NCBI GenBank assembly: GCA_002269645.1
Contig: NIVC01000514.1
Coordinates: forward strand, 248,001 to 312,000
DNA: 64,000 nt
Direction of reading: 5' to 3'
From: Macrostomum lignano
Lineage: Eukaryota
A program made the translations under genes and the position numbers. Shown one piece after another: positions 38,002-50,203 of this stretch. A model generated the notes under the pieces. That model had not been told where the DNA came from. It saw only the letters and a program-made list of their open reading frames with translations, and ran no database searches. Numbering within the stretch: the stretch's first letter is position 1; each line of letters starts with the position of its first letter.

Positions 38002-39003
38002 TCAGCCGGTCCACTTTAAGCAGCGAGTGTCCTGGTGGGTGCTGTAGCAGGAGGCGGAGCAGAAGCGGGTGCCGCAGACCACGCAGGTGTGCGGACCCAG
38101 CAGGCCGCAGACCGCACAGAAATGGCGGGGCGGCAGGCGGGACGGCCCCACCTGCGCCAGCTCGTACGGAGTGGCCGTCGAGCCGGACGCAGCGGCGCCG
38201 GGAAGCTGCGCCCGCCTGGCCAGCTCCTCCTCAAGCAGCGCGGCAAAGTTGCGGCGCAATCGGCCGCCGAGTGTCCCGACTGCGCCGGAGCCGCCCGCCG
38301 CTTTGGCTTTGCGCGACTTTTTACCTGTGGGATTTGGGTTTGGTTGGGGATTTTTACTGCGCTGCTACTCACTGAGGCACCAGGGGAGTGCAGGTGGGGT
38401 CAGGAGGACCAGGAGGTGAGAGGACCAGGTGAGGTGTGGCCAGGAGGACCAGGTGAGGTGGGGCCAGGAGGACCAGGTGAGGTGGGGCCAGCTGGAGGAC
38501 CAGGTGAGGTGGGGCCAGGAGGACCAGGTGAGGTGGGGCCAGCAGGACCAGGTGAGGTGGGACCAGCAGGACCAGGTGGGGTGGGGCCAGGAGGACCAGG
38601 TGAGGTGGGGCCAGGAGGACTAGGTGAGGTGGGGCCAGGAGGACCAGGTGAGGTGGGGCCAGGAGGACTAGGTGGGGTGGGGCCAGGAGGACCAGGTGAG
38701 GTGGGGCCAGGAGGACCAGGTGGGGTGGGCCAGGAGGACCAGGTTCAAGCGAGGACCAAAGTGCTCACCATCGGCAGACGCAGCCACCCCACCCAAGGAA
38801 TCCCGTGACGGCCCGAAGGAAGAGGCCTCGTCGGAGAACTTGGGCGCCAGCTTGCTGACCCGCAGGTCGGCGTGTGGATCGGCCTGGAAGTTGTCGGCCT
38901 CGAGGGCCTCTAGGGCGCGGCGGTGGCGGCGCTGGCGGGCGGCCTCGTCCAGCACCAGGCGGCGGGTTTCGCGCAGCCGAGAGGAGACGCCGGCGTCAAC
39001 CAT
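38002..39003 (-). CDS. ZNHIT1: Zinc finger HIT domain protein 1 (SRCAP/SWR1 subunit, Vps71), 185 aa, 2 exons: 39003-38769, 38324-38002
   Basis: RRVLD-like RRLVLDEAARQRR..RALEALEADNFQADPHADL; RRNFAALLEEE; HIT finger CAVCG...CVVCG..FCS..C..TH.DTRCLKWT. Confidence 0.95.
38390..38745. repeat. 24-bp minisatellite (ggggccaggaggaccaggtgaggt), ZNHIT1 intron
   Basis: Direct tandem periodicity. Confidence 0.95.
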
Positions 39004-40049
39004 GGCTGGCTGAAGTCACTGGCTGGAAGGTGGCGGACACATTAGAAAATAATTACAGATATTTTATGCTTTGCCTGCTTTGGTCTGAAAACTGCAAGCT
39101 CAATAATGACCTCTGCATCGGCTTAAACTTCGGACAGCTACATGTAATTTAATAATGGTAGCATGTGGGATAAAGTACACACTAAACTCTGACTAACTCC
39201 TTAATATCCCTGCAGATATATCCATGTACCTGTGCGCCTTGCTAAGGGGAGTCAGTGGAATGGGCAGTAATGCCCCTTGTTAGTTAATTCACAATGTCAT
39301 TTAAAATTCACCAGTGTGCATATAGCCATTTTGCTCTAACTAATCAAACTAAAAATATGAATTATAGAATGGCAGAATAAATATGCTAAAATATAGAAAT
39401 ATGCAATATTACACATAGGCATATTTAGCTTTTTCTAATTCATATTTTACTTGAATTATTAATAATTAAGAGAAATTTAGACTGACCAATCCAGAATCTA
39501 GATACCTAGGCTAGAATAATATGACAAAAATTAAAAATAACTCCATTAGAATATTTTTGTTGTTTTAATTTTCTATGGCTTTTTAAATCTTAATAGTAAA
39601 AAGCATAGGATAGAGAAATTAACATTTTGTTCAATTTTGGAGTTTTTTACTAATTGGCTAAGATTAATGTTTTATATTTGGCATCTTCAATTTGGAGCTA
39701 TGATGCCAAATAGGACTATGATTATGCTTAAAAACCTAGTTAAAAAGTAATACTAAGAATAAGAAGCCAGAAGCCTTATTAGAATAAATGTTCCAATAAA
39801 AGTTAATGGTAAACAAAAGTAAACAGAGATAAATTTGAAGCTAAGAGGGGATGAAATTTTAGTAATAACGCTAAAAATACTAAAAGAATGTAATAGGAAA
39901 AATGCCAAAGGAAATACTAAGAGAAAGACATTAAGGCCAGGGGAAGTATTATACTAAGACCATAAGGGGAATGGTATTAGGAAAGGATAAATTTAAGGAA
40001 GGAATTAGCAGCACCAGCTCCACTAGAACAGCTGCACTGACTCACTGAA

Positions 40050-40548
40050 TACAGGCAAACCCACTCTGCCATGCCTAACCTAAACAGGAAAGTCTCTGAT
40101 TATTTGACTTTGCTTAATAGAACCGACCTCAGGGAGATGTGCATGGCCCTAACCAGCCATGGATTCTTCTAGAGACATATCTTGTTGCAAACCGGTTGCC
40201 CTCCTACCTGTCCTTTCTGTGGCATAGGAGAGAAGACTGTGGAGCATCACATTACTTTCTGCCCTTACTTCAACAAGGTGCAGCACAAATACCTCGGCCA
40301 CCCCTAGCGGATGGATAAGCTGACTATCCTAGACAATATCCATGACCTTTGTTCCTTTGTCTGGGACTCCAGCCGGATGAGGGTCACCAATGCCTCCACT
40401 ATGAACCTGCCAACTACTGGCAGGGACTGGGCATACCCCCAAGGTTAATCCTTGTGCTCTTTTACCTTAGGGTTGCGATAAAGGCTTTGCAGCCTATTTG
40501 CAGTGCCTGCACCCTCATCAGTAGTAGGCCTAAGTAAATAAATAAGGA
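40050..40548 (+). mobile_element. 3' fragment of a non-LTR retrotransposon (R1/LOA/I-like), decayed
   Basis: Translates LTSHGFF*RHI...[19 protein letters not shown], i.e. a C-terminal CX2CX8HX4C knuckle; in-frame stops; ends near a (TAAA)n-like tail at ~40531-40545. Confidence 0.75.
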
Positions 40549-41898
40549 AGTAATTTTGATAAGAAAGAATGATATCTAAAAAAGAAAAAGGAGTGATGCT
40601 AATAATAATATAGAATACTGAATAGAGCTAAAATGGAAATAAGAACTTAGAAGTAAAGCAAAGGAAAGTCAAAGAGGGATAAATATATTGACTATTAATG
40701 GGCCCTATGACTAGGCCTATTGCCTATATTTGACATAACAATTTAAAAATAAGAAAAAAAGCTATTAATATATCTAAATTATTCTAATATTTTGAATAGG
40801 CCTATACTTCTTGAAATAAGGCTTAGGTCTATATATTAGATAGACTAATAATAGGGACTCCAGTAAGATTTTGAAACTTTTAAAAAAAATTTCAGATATG
40901 TATTTGATAGAGGATAATAATAGCATCATAAAATATAATAAATCCATTTTGGTTTAAAAATAGAATTAGGTCCTAATAAACTAGGCTCTTACAGTTTTAC
41001 TAGACTAGGGCCTAGTTAGGTAGGCCTAATGGAAGCAATTTTATATGCTTTAAAATAATTTTAAGATAGGCCAAGTAAATATTTTAATAATACATTGAAT
41101 TTTCTTTTAGTTTAGTTTAGTTAGTTTTTTAGACAGTCAGATCAAGCTGAAACCTAACTATAGGCCTAGCCTATAGAAAATTCTTACAGAAGAGAAGGGA
41201 AACTTTGTGTTGAAGTTTATTACATAAATTTGGGCAATATTTGGAGGTTGATGATATAGTTTATAAATAGCATAAGATCTAAGTCTAAGATTTTTATTTC
41301 AATTTCATACTGCCATTGGCCATAAGAAGGCATAAGACGCATGGTATATATATAAGTATAAAAAATTATACTAGGGTAACTAGGCCCTAATACATTGGTA
41401 TAAAATGGCAACACATTATAATTTGGTTAGAAAAATCATCTATTTACATTAGGCCCCCTACATTTTAGCCCAATAAGTTAAGAAGAAACATTATAGCAAT
41501 CATATATAATCCTAGTCTAAGTCTAAGAAGACTAAAGACATGGTAATGTAAGACCAATACCTGGTCTACTCTTACCCACATTAGGCCTTTTCCCACCTAT
41601 AATAGCCTACAACTAGGCCTACAAGTGTTAGTTCAGGATAATATCACTTGAGCACTTGATTTGCTGTTTAAAATGTATGATAACTAGGCCCTAATTGATT
41701 ATTCAGATTTTTTTACTTCATAGAACTGTTTTAATAGACTCGTATTTAATAAGTACCCGTGCCAATGATTTTATAGGCAAGGTATATCAAGTATTTATTA
41801 TAATTAAGGAAAAATGATTAATTCAAATTGACTTGCACCTACTAAATAGGCCTGCTACTTTTGTGCCGCGCTAGACTAATAATTCGTCGTGTTAGTGT

Positions 41899-43386
41899 CA
41901 AGGACGACTTGAGTAAAAGGACGGGAAACCTCGTTTCTTAGACAATTTTAGAAGGCAGGTTTTCCCGAAAAAAATACACTTGGAGATAGGAAGCTTTCAT
42001 TTTTTCAGCACAAAAATTGTTATTGCTTTTAATAGGAGGCATGCAGATCCAGTGTTCATATTTTGATATGTTGTGCCTTTCTTATTGCTCTATCAATATT
42101 CATATACAGCTTTTCGTTCAAAAAATTAGGAATCTATGTTAATTTTTTATTCTACGTACATTTGCACGTGTCTTGTACCTTAAAAACCATTAAAATGGCA
42201 CGGCTCGGCTCTGGCTTTATGATTCTATTTTATCATTCTTAGCTGACTGTGTTACGAATATGTGTAACAGAGATGATAAAATAGATTCATAAAACCATAG
42301 ATTAAAGCTGTGCTATGCATTTTTATAAGTTTTAGGTACAGCAAAAATACGTTGAATAAAAAATTTACATAGAATCCCAATTTTTTGAACGAAAAGCTTT
42401 ACGAATATCGATAGAGCAATAAGAAAGGTACAACATTATGAACACTGGATCTGCCTTCTATCAAAAGCAATAACAAATTTTGTCCTGAAAAAATGAAAAC
42501 TTCCTGTGACGTTATCAGTTGAGGTGGCCCCGACAAGGGCCGTTTTAGCGAAAGCAGTTGCCATTCTATAATATTGTTAATTTGATGGTCTCGTACTCTA
42601 ACGTCTGCTTACAGTAATGCCCAAGGAATTTTAAACAACATTGCATGACGTTCGTAAAGCCTATGTACAATGCGATCGATAATTTCTGTTTTCAAGTCGG
42701 TTTTCGCACCGGCCAATAGGAAAGCCGCGCATATATTAATGCTAGCCTGAAATTAAGCTTTTGTCGTGCACCCACCCCCAGCCCGCTCGTTATCACTCCT
42801 GTCTGGCTGGGGCGCCCGGGGTTAACCCGCCTTTTTCCTTTCCCTCCTCCTGCTGCTCCGCCACAGTTCTAAGCCACGCCTCTGCCAAGTCTCAGTCGCA
42901 CCACCCTACGCCAATTCTCGATCACGCCACCGCTACCATTCGTACGGGGTTCTCGTTATACGAGTACCGCCACCATACGATCACCGCCATCACATCATCG
43001 CCATTGCCTCAGGCTCATCAACTCGCTCTATCATCTATCTTATTGTTGCGCAGCCGCCCAGTGCATTCCTTACGGATTCAGCTAACTCAGGCCCATCTCT
43101 ATTAACTACCCAGACGGAATTGATAACTAACGAGCCCTAACTATCCGCTCATACGGGTACAATAAATGAGAACTGCGGCCATCGCCAGCATCATTCGTCA
43201 CTATCATCGAGCGCTAACCGCTACACAATTTGCCTCTATTGTATTCACCTTCGTCATTTGATCCCGAGTCTGCCATTTAATCGTCACACTTCCTATCTCC
43301 GTAGTGTATTTTTTTCTGGAAAACAGCTGCCTTCTAAAAATTCCTAAGAAACGAGGTTTCCCGTCCTTCTACTGAAGTCGTCCTTG
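41899..43386. mobile_element. Non-autonomous foldback DNA transposon (P- or hAT-type ends) with 8-bp TSD GTTAGTGT
   Basis: Ends CAAGGACGACTT... / ...AAGTCGTCCTTG; TSDs at 41891-41898 and 43387-43394. After removing the nested LTR, ~700 bp remains that is almost wholly palindromic about ~42240-42275. Confidence 0.9.
42505..43288. mobile_element. Solo LTR (784 bp) inserted in the right arm of the foldback element
   Basis: Termini TGTGACG...CGTCACA; 5-bp TSD CTTCC at 42500-42504 and 43289-43293; AATAAA at 43161. Excision restores the host inverted repeat. Confidence 0.85.
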
Positions 43387-44740
43387 GTTAGTGTTATGAA
43401 AGCGTAAAACTGCGATCCTACAGTTTAATCAATTCACTCTACTAGCGATAGGCCGACATGACAAGCAACATGCCAACATGCTCGCACAAAATTCGTATTC
43501 AATAAATATGCTGCATTTTTGAGTATTCGGCATTGTGAAATTTCATGCAGTCTTATGAAGCGCCTCTCATGATGGCCTGCTATCATGCAATCGTGCATGG
43601 CCTTCAATTCTGTTCACGCATTTCTTTCACCGATTCACCCCATTAGTAGTGAAATAATGATCAAAATTCGCATACTGTTTTCGCTGAGGGCGGTCCTGCA
43701 GTCCGAAGCCACACTAGCTGACCGCACGATCGAGAGGTTGGCGTTGTTCCACATTGAGCTAGAACATCCTGATTTACAACGAACGCATATGGAACAAATA
43801 AAACAAGTGGTGCACATCGAAAATCGCTCCTGGCTCAGAGTCACCTGCAGTTAGACATCGAGCTGAAACTTGACCAAAATCTTTTCCAAGCTGCAGTTTT
43901 ACTGCACTGTATGTAAACTTTCACGGTCTCATATTTTGCATGCATTTTTATTTAGAACGTTCTTTTAAAGTTAAATATCAGTGGTGCAACAGAACGCAGC
44001 TATTGAAGCACTACCTGCTGTGTTTAACCAAGGACTCCTTAAGTACGAGCGTATTCTACTAGCCCAGGTAGTAGTACTTGAGGAGTCCTTTATTTTTAAA
44101 ACGTTGGTTAGACAAAGAATATAAAGTCATCGATTCATACACGCATTTTTTACCTGTTTAGTTTCGAGAATTTGTACTCAAAAGCATTAAACTATTTGTA
44201 AATTTCAAGGTTATAATTATAGTTTTATTATTTATTTTAATCACGGTATACTGGTCGCTATAAAAACTTAATTAAGCAGCGGGCAGCTTCACCTGCCGGG
44301 TCTTCTTGTTGATTGCTTTCGCGATCAGGCGCAGAAACAATATTAAGCCCGTGCCGCTAAGAAGCCCTGAAATTATTTTTGATGAAGCAACTTTGATTAA
44401 ATTTATATTTATGCTAAGAGTGCGAACTTGATTAAAAATGTGTACCTGTACATTGTACACAGAACATACAAAGAGCTAGTCTACTCTCTCGAAGTCAAGT
44501 AAATCTGGATTGAGAAGATCTAGAAAAACCCATGGGAAACTGAGAGATCATGTGGATGTACAGGACACCTGGGGGCAGATTAGAGCTACTAAATAGATTT
44601 TACAAGTAGGCACATACATTAAGGATGTACTCGTAAAATTTCCATACGAGATGAAGATGTACATGCAGCTCATAATTCTCGGGGAGTGCGGGGAACCCGA
44701 ATGCAATGATTCCGGTTGAGGGTGAGGGCGGAGATGTTGG

Positions 44741-47700
44741 TCAGGGGAAGTGGATTGTTGGGTCCAGGCTCATAACTGTCTGAATTGCAACATGCAGAGC
44801 ACAAGTAGATTGTAAATTTTTCTTTCCTGCAAAAGTGCCGGCTATGATTATATAGAAATCCCTCTGAGTAGGAACAACAGGCGGCTCTCGCAGGTACCGG
44901 CAAACTGAAATTCATGTATGGAAAATCAATGCAAACATCTCGAATCATAATCTCAAATCCCGAATCGTATAGTAATCTCTGATCCCGAATCATAATCTCA
45001 GATCCCGAATCGTATAGTAATCTCTGATCCCGAATCATAATCTCAGATCCCGAATCGTATAGTAATCTCTGATCCCGAATCATAATCTCAGATCCCGAAT
45101 CGTATAGTAATCTCTGATCCCGAATCATAATCTCAGATCCCGAATCGTATAGTAATCTCTGATCCCGAATCATAATCTCAGATCCCGAATCGTATAGTAA
45201 TCTCTGATCCCGAATCATAATCTCAGATCCCGAATCGTATAGTAATCTCTGATCCCGAATCATAATCTCAGATCCCGAATCGTATAGTAATCTCTGATCC
45301 CGAATCATAATCTCAGATCCCGAATCGTATAGTAATCTCTGATCCCGAATCATAATCTCAGATCCCGAATCGTATAGTAATCTCTGATCCCGAATCATAA
45401 TCTCAGATCCCGAATCGTATAGTAATCTCTGATCCCGAATCATAATCTCAGATCCCGAATCGTATAGTAATCTCTGATCCCGAATCATAATCTCAGATCC
45501 CGAATCGTATAGTAATCTCTGATCCCGAATCATAATCTCAGATCCCGAATCGTATAGTAATCTCTGATCCCGAATCATAATCTCAGATCCCGAATCGTAT
45601 AGTAATCTCTGATCCCGAATCATAATCTCAGATCCCGAATCGTAATCTCAGATACCGAATCGCATAGTAATCTCTGATCCCGAATCATAATCTCAGATCC
45701 CGAATCGTATAGTAATCTCTGATCCCGAATCATAATCTCAGATCCCGAATCGTAATCTCAGATCCCGAATCGCATAGTAATCTCGACGATCAGATCCCGA
45801 ATCGCATAGTTATCTCTGATCCCGAATCATAACCTCAGATCCCGAATCGTATAGTAATCTCTGATCCCGAATCATAATCTCAGATCCCGAATCGTATAGT
45901 AATCTCTGATCCCGAATCATAATCTCAGATCCCGAATCGCATAGTAATCTCGACGATCAGATCCCGAATCGCATAGTAATCTCAGATCCCGAATCTGATC
46001 CCGAATTGCCATCCCTGATCCCGAATTGCCATCCCTGATCCCGAATTGCCATCCCTGATCCCGAATTGCCATCCCTGATCCCGAATTGCCATCCCTGATA
46101 CCGAATTGCCATCCCTGATCCCGAATTGCCATCCCTGATACCGAATTTCCATCCCTGATCCCGAATTGCCATCCCTGATCCCGAATTGCCATCCCTGATC
46201 CCGAATTGCCATCCCTGATCCCGAATTTCCATCCCTGATCCCGAATTGCCATCCCTGATCCCGAATTGCCATCCCTGATCCCGAATTGCCATCCCTGATC
46301 CCGAATTGCCATCCCTGATCCCGAATTGCCATCCCTGATCCCGAATTTCCATCCCTGATCCCGAATTGCCATCCCTGATCCCGAATTGCCATCCCTGATC
46401 CCGAATTGCCATCCCTGATCCCGAATTGCCATCCCTGATCCCGAATTGCCATCCCTGATCCCGAATTGCCATCCCTGATCCCGAATTGCCATCCCTGATC
46501 CCGAATTGCCATCCCTGATCCCGAATTGCCATCCCTGATCCCGAATTGCCATCCCTGATCCCGAATTGCCATCCCTGATCCCGAATTGCCATCCCTGATC
46601 CCGAATTGCCATCCCTGATCCCGAATTGCCATCCCTGATCCCGAATTGCCATCCCTGATCCCGAATTGCCATCCCTGATCCCGAATTGCCATCCCTGATC
46701 CCGAATTGCCATCCCTGATCCCGAATTGCCATCCCTGATCCCGAATTGCCATCCCTGATCCCGAATTGCCATCCCTGATCCCGAATTGCCATCCCTGATC
46801 CCGAATTGCCATCCCTGATCCCGAATTGCCATCCCTGATCCCGAATTGCCATCCCTGATCCCGAATTGCCATCCCTGATCCCGAATTGCCATCCCTGATC
46901 CCGAATTGCCATCCCTGATCCCGAATTGCCATCCCTGATCCCGAATTGCCATCCCTGATCCCGAATTGCCATCCCTGATCCCGAATTGCCATCCCTGATC
47001 CCGAATTGCCATCCCTGATCCCGAATTGCCATCCCTGATCCCGAATTGCCATCCCTGATACCGAATTGCAACCATAAATGTCTATTTAACCTTTCAAAAT
47101 GCTCCATAAGCAATCAGCAATTCCATGAGTTCCCCATCGCCCCAGATGGCAGACCTGGCAGCCCGGAGCGCTGGCACACGGTGCGCACCACGTGCGACTC
47201 GTCGCCGCAGGGGTCCCAGGGCGGCACAGTGGCGCAGGCGTAGTCCGCCAGGTTGCCATCGTAGTTCACCACTCCGCAGGCCTCGCCGCAGTGGGCGTTG
47301 CTGGGCTCGGAGCGGCTCCACTCGACGCCGGTCCGGCTGAAATCGCTGGTGCTCAGCGGCGGCTCCTCGGGCCCGTCGGTGTACCAGCGCCACAGGTCCT
47401 GGTCACCAGCTGCTGCGGGATCGGCGTTGACGGGTGAAACTGAGGGGCTGGGTCAGACAGCGGCCAGGCTCGGGTCAGACAGCGGCCAGGCTCGGGTCAG
47501 ACAGCGGCCAGGCTCGGGTCAGACAGCGGCCAGGCTCGGGTCAGACAGCGGCCAGGCTCGGGTCAGACAGCGGCCAGGCTCGGGTCAGACAGCGGCCAGG
47601 CTCGGGTCAGACAGCGGCCAGGCTCGGGTCAGACAGCGGCCAGGCTCGGGTCAGACAGCGGCCAGGCTCGGGTCAGACAGAGGTCAGGCTCGGGTCAGAC

Positions 47701-49504
47701 AGCGGCCAGGCTCGGGTCAGACAGCGGCCAGGCTCGGGTCAGACAGAGGCCAGGCTCGGGTCAGACAGCGGCCAGGCTCGGGTCAGACAGCGGCCAGGCT
47801 CGGGTCAGACAGAGGCCAGGCTCGGGTCAGACAGCGGCCAGGCTCGGGTCAGACAGCGGCCAGGCTCGGGTCAGACAGAGGCCAGGCTTGGGTCAGACAG
47901 AGGCCAGGCTCGGGTCAGACAGAGGCCAGGCTCGGGTCAGACAGCGGCCAGGCTCGGGTCTGACGGGGGCCTGAACTGGACAGTGGTTTCTTGATGAGGA
48001 CGTTGAAGGGTGGGTCAGGGGCGGGTCAGTAGCGAGACTTATTCTGGTTTCAGGACCGGTGGGTTCAAGGCAAGAGTCAAGCAAGTGAATAAAGGAAAAG
48101 TTAAGTGGGTCAGGGGTGAGGTTGGTGGGTCAGGGGTGAGGTTGATGGGTCAGAGGTGAGGTTGATGGATCAAGGGTGAGGTTGATAGGTCAAGGATGAC
48201 GTTGGTGGGTCAGGGGTGAGGTTGATGGGTCAGGGGTGAGGTTGGTGGGTCAGGGGTGAAACAGGGAGATAATCAAAGGATCCCGAGCTAGGTTTGTGAG
48301 ACGGGGTCAGAGTTAAGGTTTGGTTGGTCAGGGGTTCGAGTGAATAGGAGAGGGGTTGCGAACCTGAAAACCGTTTTTTGCAGCCTAGCAGATTGAAAAT
48401 CACTGGCACTCTGAGAGCCCTCGCGCACCGCACCTTCAGCGCGCACCACGCCAACCCAGAAGCGATGGTTCTGGGCGTAGCTGCGCAGAGTCTGCCAGGC
48501 GAACTGGGTGCGCAGCACCGGCAGCGTGGCGTTGAACAGGGCGCAGAACTCGGCGGCCTGGCGCCAGGTGAGGAAAATCCGCGCGTGCAGCTGAAACAGG
48601 CAGTGGTGCTCGCTGCTGTACTCCGTGACCGGCAGCTTCGGCACCGGACTTGGGTCACCGATGATGGCCGGAGCGAGGACGGCCGCGGAGATGCGACCTG
48701 AGTAGCCTGGAGTTGATGGGCGGAAGGTGAACTTATTGAGCTCTCAGGTCTCACAGAGAAATCCATTGATGCCACAAAAGCCTTTACATTCAGTCAGATT
48801 CTTTTAGCATCAGCAGCAATTGCCAGGAGCATTGATAGGTAGATATTAATAGAATCAAGAACAGTAAATTCCAAGGCAGGAGCAGCCAGTGTCAGAGGCA
48901 GCAACAGCCAGTGCCAGAGGCAGCAACAGCCAGTGCCAGAGGCAGGAGCAGCCAGTGTCAGAGGCAGGAGCAGCAAGTGCCAGAGGCAGGAGCAGCCAGT
49001 GCCAGAGGCAGGAGCAGCAAGTGCCAGAGGCAGGAGCAGCCAGTGTCAGAGGCAGGAGCAGCCAGTGTCAGAGGCAGCAACAGCCAGTGCCAGAGGCAGC
49101 AACAGCCAGTGCCAGAGGCAGGAGCAGCCAGTGACAGCAGGAGCAGCAAGTGCCAGAGGCAGGAGCAGCCAGTGTCAGAGGCAGGAGCAGCCAGTGCCAG
49201 AGGCAGGAGCAGCCAGTGCCAGAGGCAGGAGCAGCCAGTGTCAGAGGCAGGAGCAGCCAGTGTCAGAGGCAGGAGCAGCCAGTGTCAGAGGCAGGAGCAG
49301 CCAGTGCCAGAGGCAGGAGCAGCCAGTGTCAGAGGCAGGAGCAGCCAGTGCCAGAGGCAGGAGCAGCCAGTGCCAGAGGCTGCAGCAGCCAGAAGCAGGA
49401 GCAGGTAACAGAGGCTCACAGAGTTTCTGAGGCAACGCGCACTGCAGCGGACAGGCGAAGCACAGGAGCGCGAAGCCGAGCCTGCAAAGCAAAGTCGACT
49501 TCAT
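44741..49504 (-). CDS. Secreted C-type lectin domain protein, ~256 aa; exons 49504-49420, 48697-48434, 47412-47155 and a probable last exon 44904-44741
   Basis: Signal peptide MKSTLLCRLGFALLCFAC; CTLD motifs CLFQ...TWRQAAEFC...FWVGV...WRW...WSRSEPSN..C.EACG...LADYAC...VCQ. The last exon is in phase but weakly supported; NAGNAG acceptor at 47412/47409. Confidence 0.8.
44940..46005. repeat. 45-bp (25+20) minisatellite, lectin intron 3
   Basis: Unit gatcccgaatcgtatagtaatctct+gatcccgaatcataatctca. Confidence 0.95.
46006..47065. repeat. Near-perfect 20-bp minisatellite (gatcccgaattgccatccct), ~53 copies, lectin intron 3
   Basis: Direct tandem periodicity. Confidence 0.95.
47448..47962. repeat. 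22-bp minisatellite (ggccaggctcgggtcagacagc), lectin intron 2
   Basis: Direct tandem periodicity. Confidence 0.95.
48105..48258. repeat. 20-bp minisatellite (gggtcaggggtgaggttggt), lectin intron 2
   Basis: About 7 copies. Confidence 0.85.
48875..49400. repeat. 22-bp minisatellite (cagccagtgccagaggcaggag), lectin intron 1
   Basis: Direct tandem periodicity. Confidence 0.95.
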
Positions 49505-50203
49505 CCCAACCGAGGAAGAAGTCTAAAAATGTGTCGAATTCGAGCTAAAACGACAAGGAAAATGTCAGTGCCTGTCGGAGAGGCGCATTAATACTGTCGG
49601 GCCAAGCGACCTGTGCAGCCCAGGCACTTTGATTGGCGACTCCAGCAGCTCGGGTTTCATGTCACTTTGACGGATTCACTCAGTCTGGACTGGGATTTTC
49701 GATAAGCCGGCGAGAGCGCAGGAGAGTCTGCTGCGTATCCCATTGCAGTTCGATAGAAGCCTCCTGCCCCCCCCCCCCCCCCGAGGTGAATGTCGGATCC
49801 TAGCTAGCTCTAACTTACATTCCAGACTGTCGATGTTAAGCAATTGGAAGGACTCAACTCACGCGAATAATTGACTTCGAGCACGGTCAGTCTAAACTTT
49901 TTATAGGTCAGAAGCGATAAGATCAGCTGAGCCTCTGAAATCAGATGGGTCTTGCAGTCTTTTTTCGGAGCCTGTCAGCATGTTTTCTGCTTTCCCAGTC
50001 AGCGCCCATCTGCGATTCAGGAGAAAATCGCGGACCAGATGCCGCTCGGCTTTGATTGGCCACAGAAGCGCTCAGCAGAAATGTCCGAATCCGAAGATTT
50101 CCTGTCCGATTGAGCGGCTGAAATACCGTGGCAGCTGAGAACTCCCTGCGCCCCGAGTCTGGCTTCGGTTTCTAATCCACAGAGCTTTATTTCCAGGGCT
50201 GGC

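Noticed and set aside
38035-38808. Elastin/silk-like GPGGPGEV ORF on the + strand
   Set aside because: It is the antisense reading of the 24-bp array in the ZNHIT1 intron; there is no signal peptide or independent gene structure.
44670-44940. ORF-track frame (DVCIDFPY...PREL) as the lectin last exon
   Set aside because: It is out of phase with the upstream donor. The phase-compatible frame from the acceptor at 44905-44906 ends at 44741.
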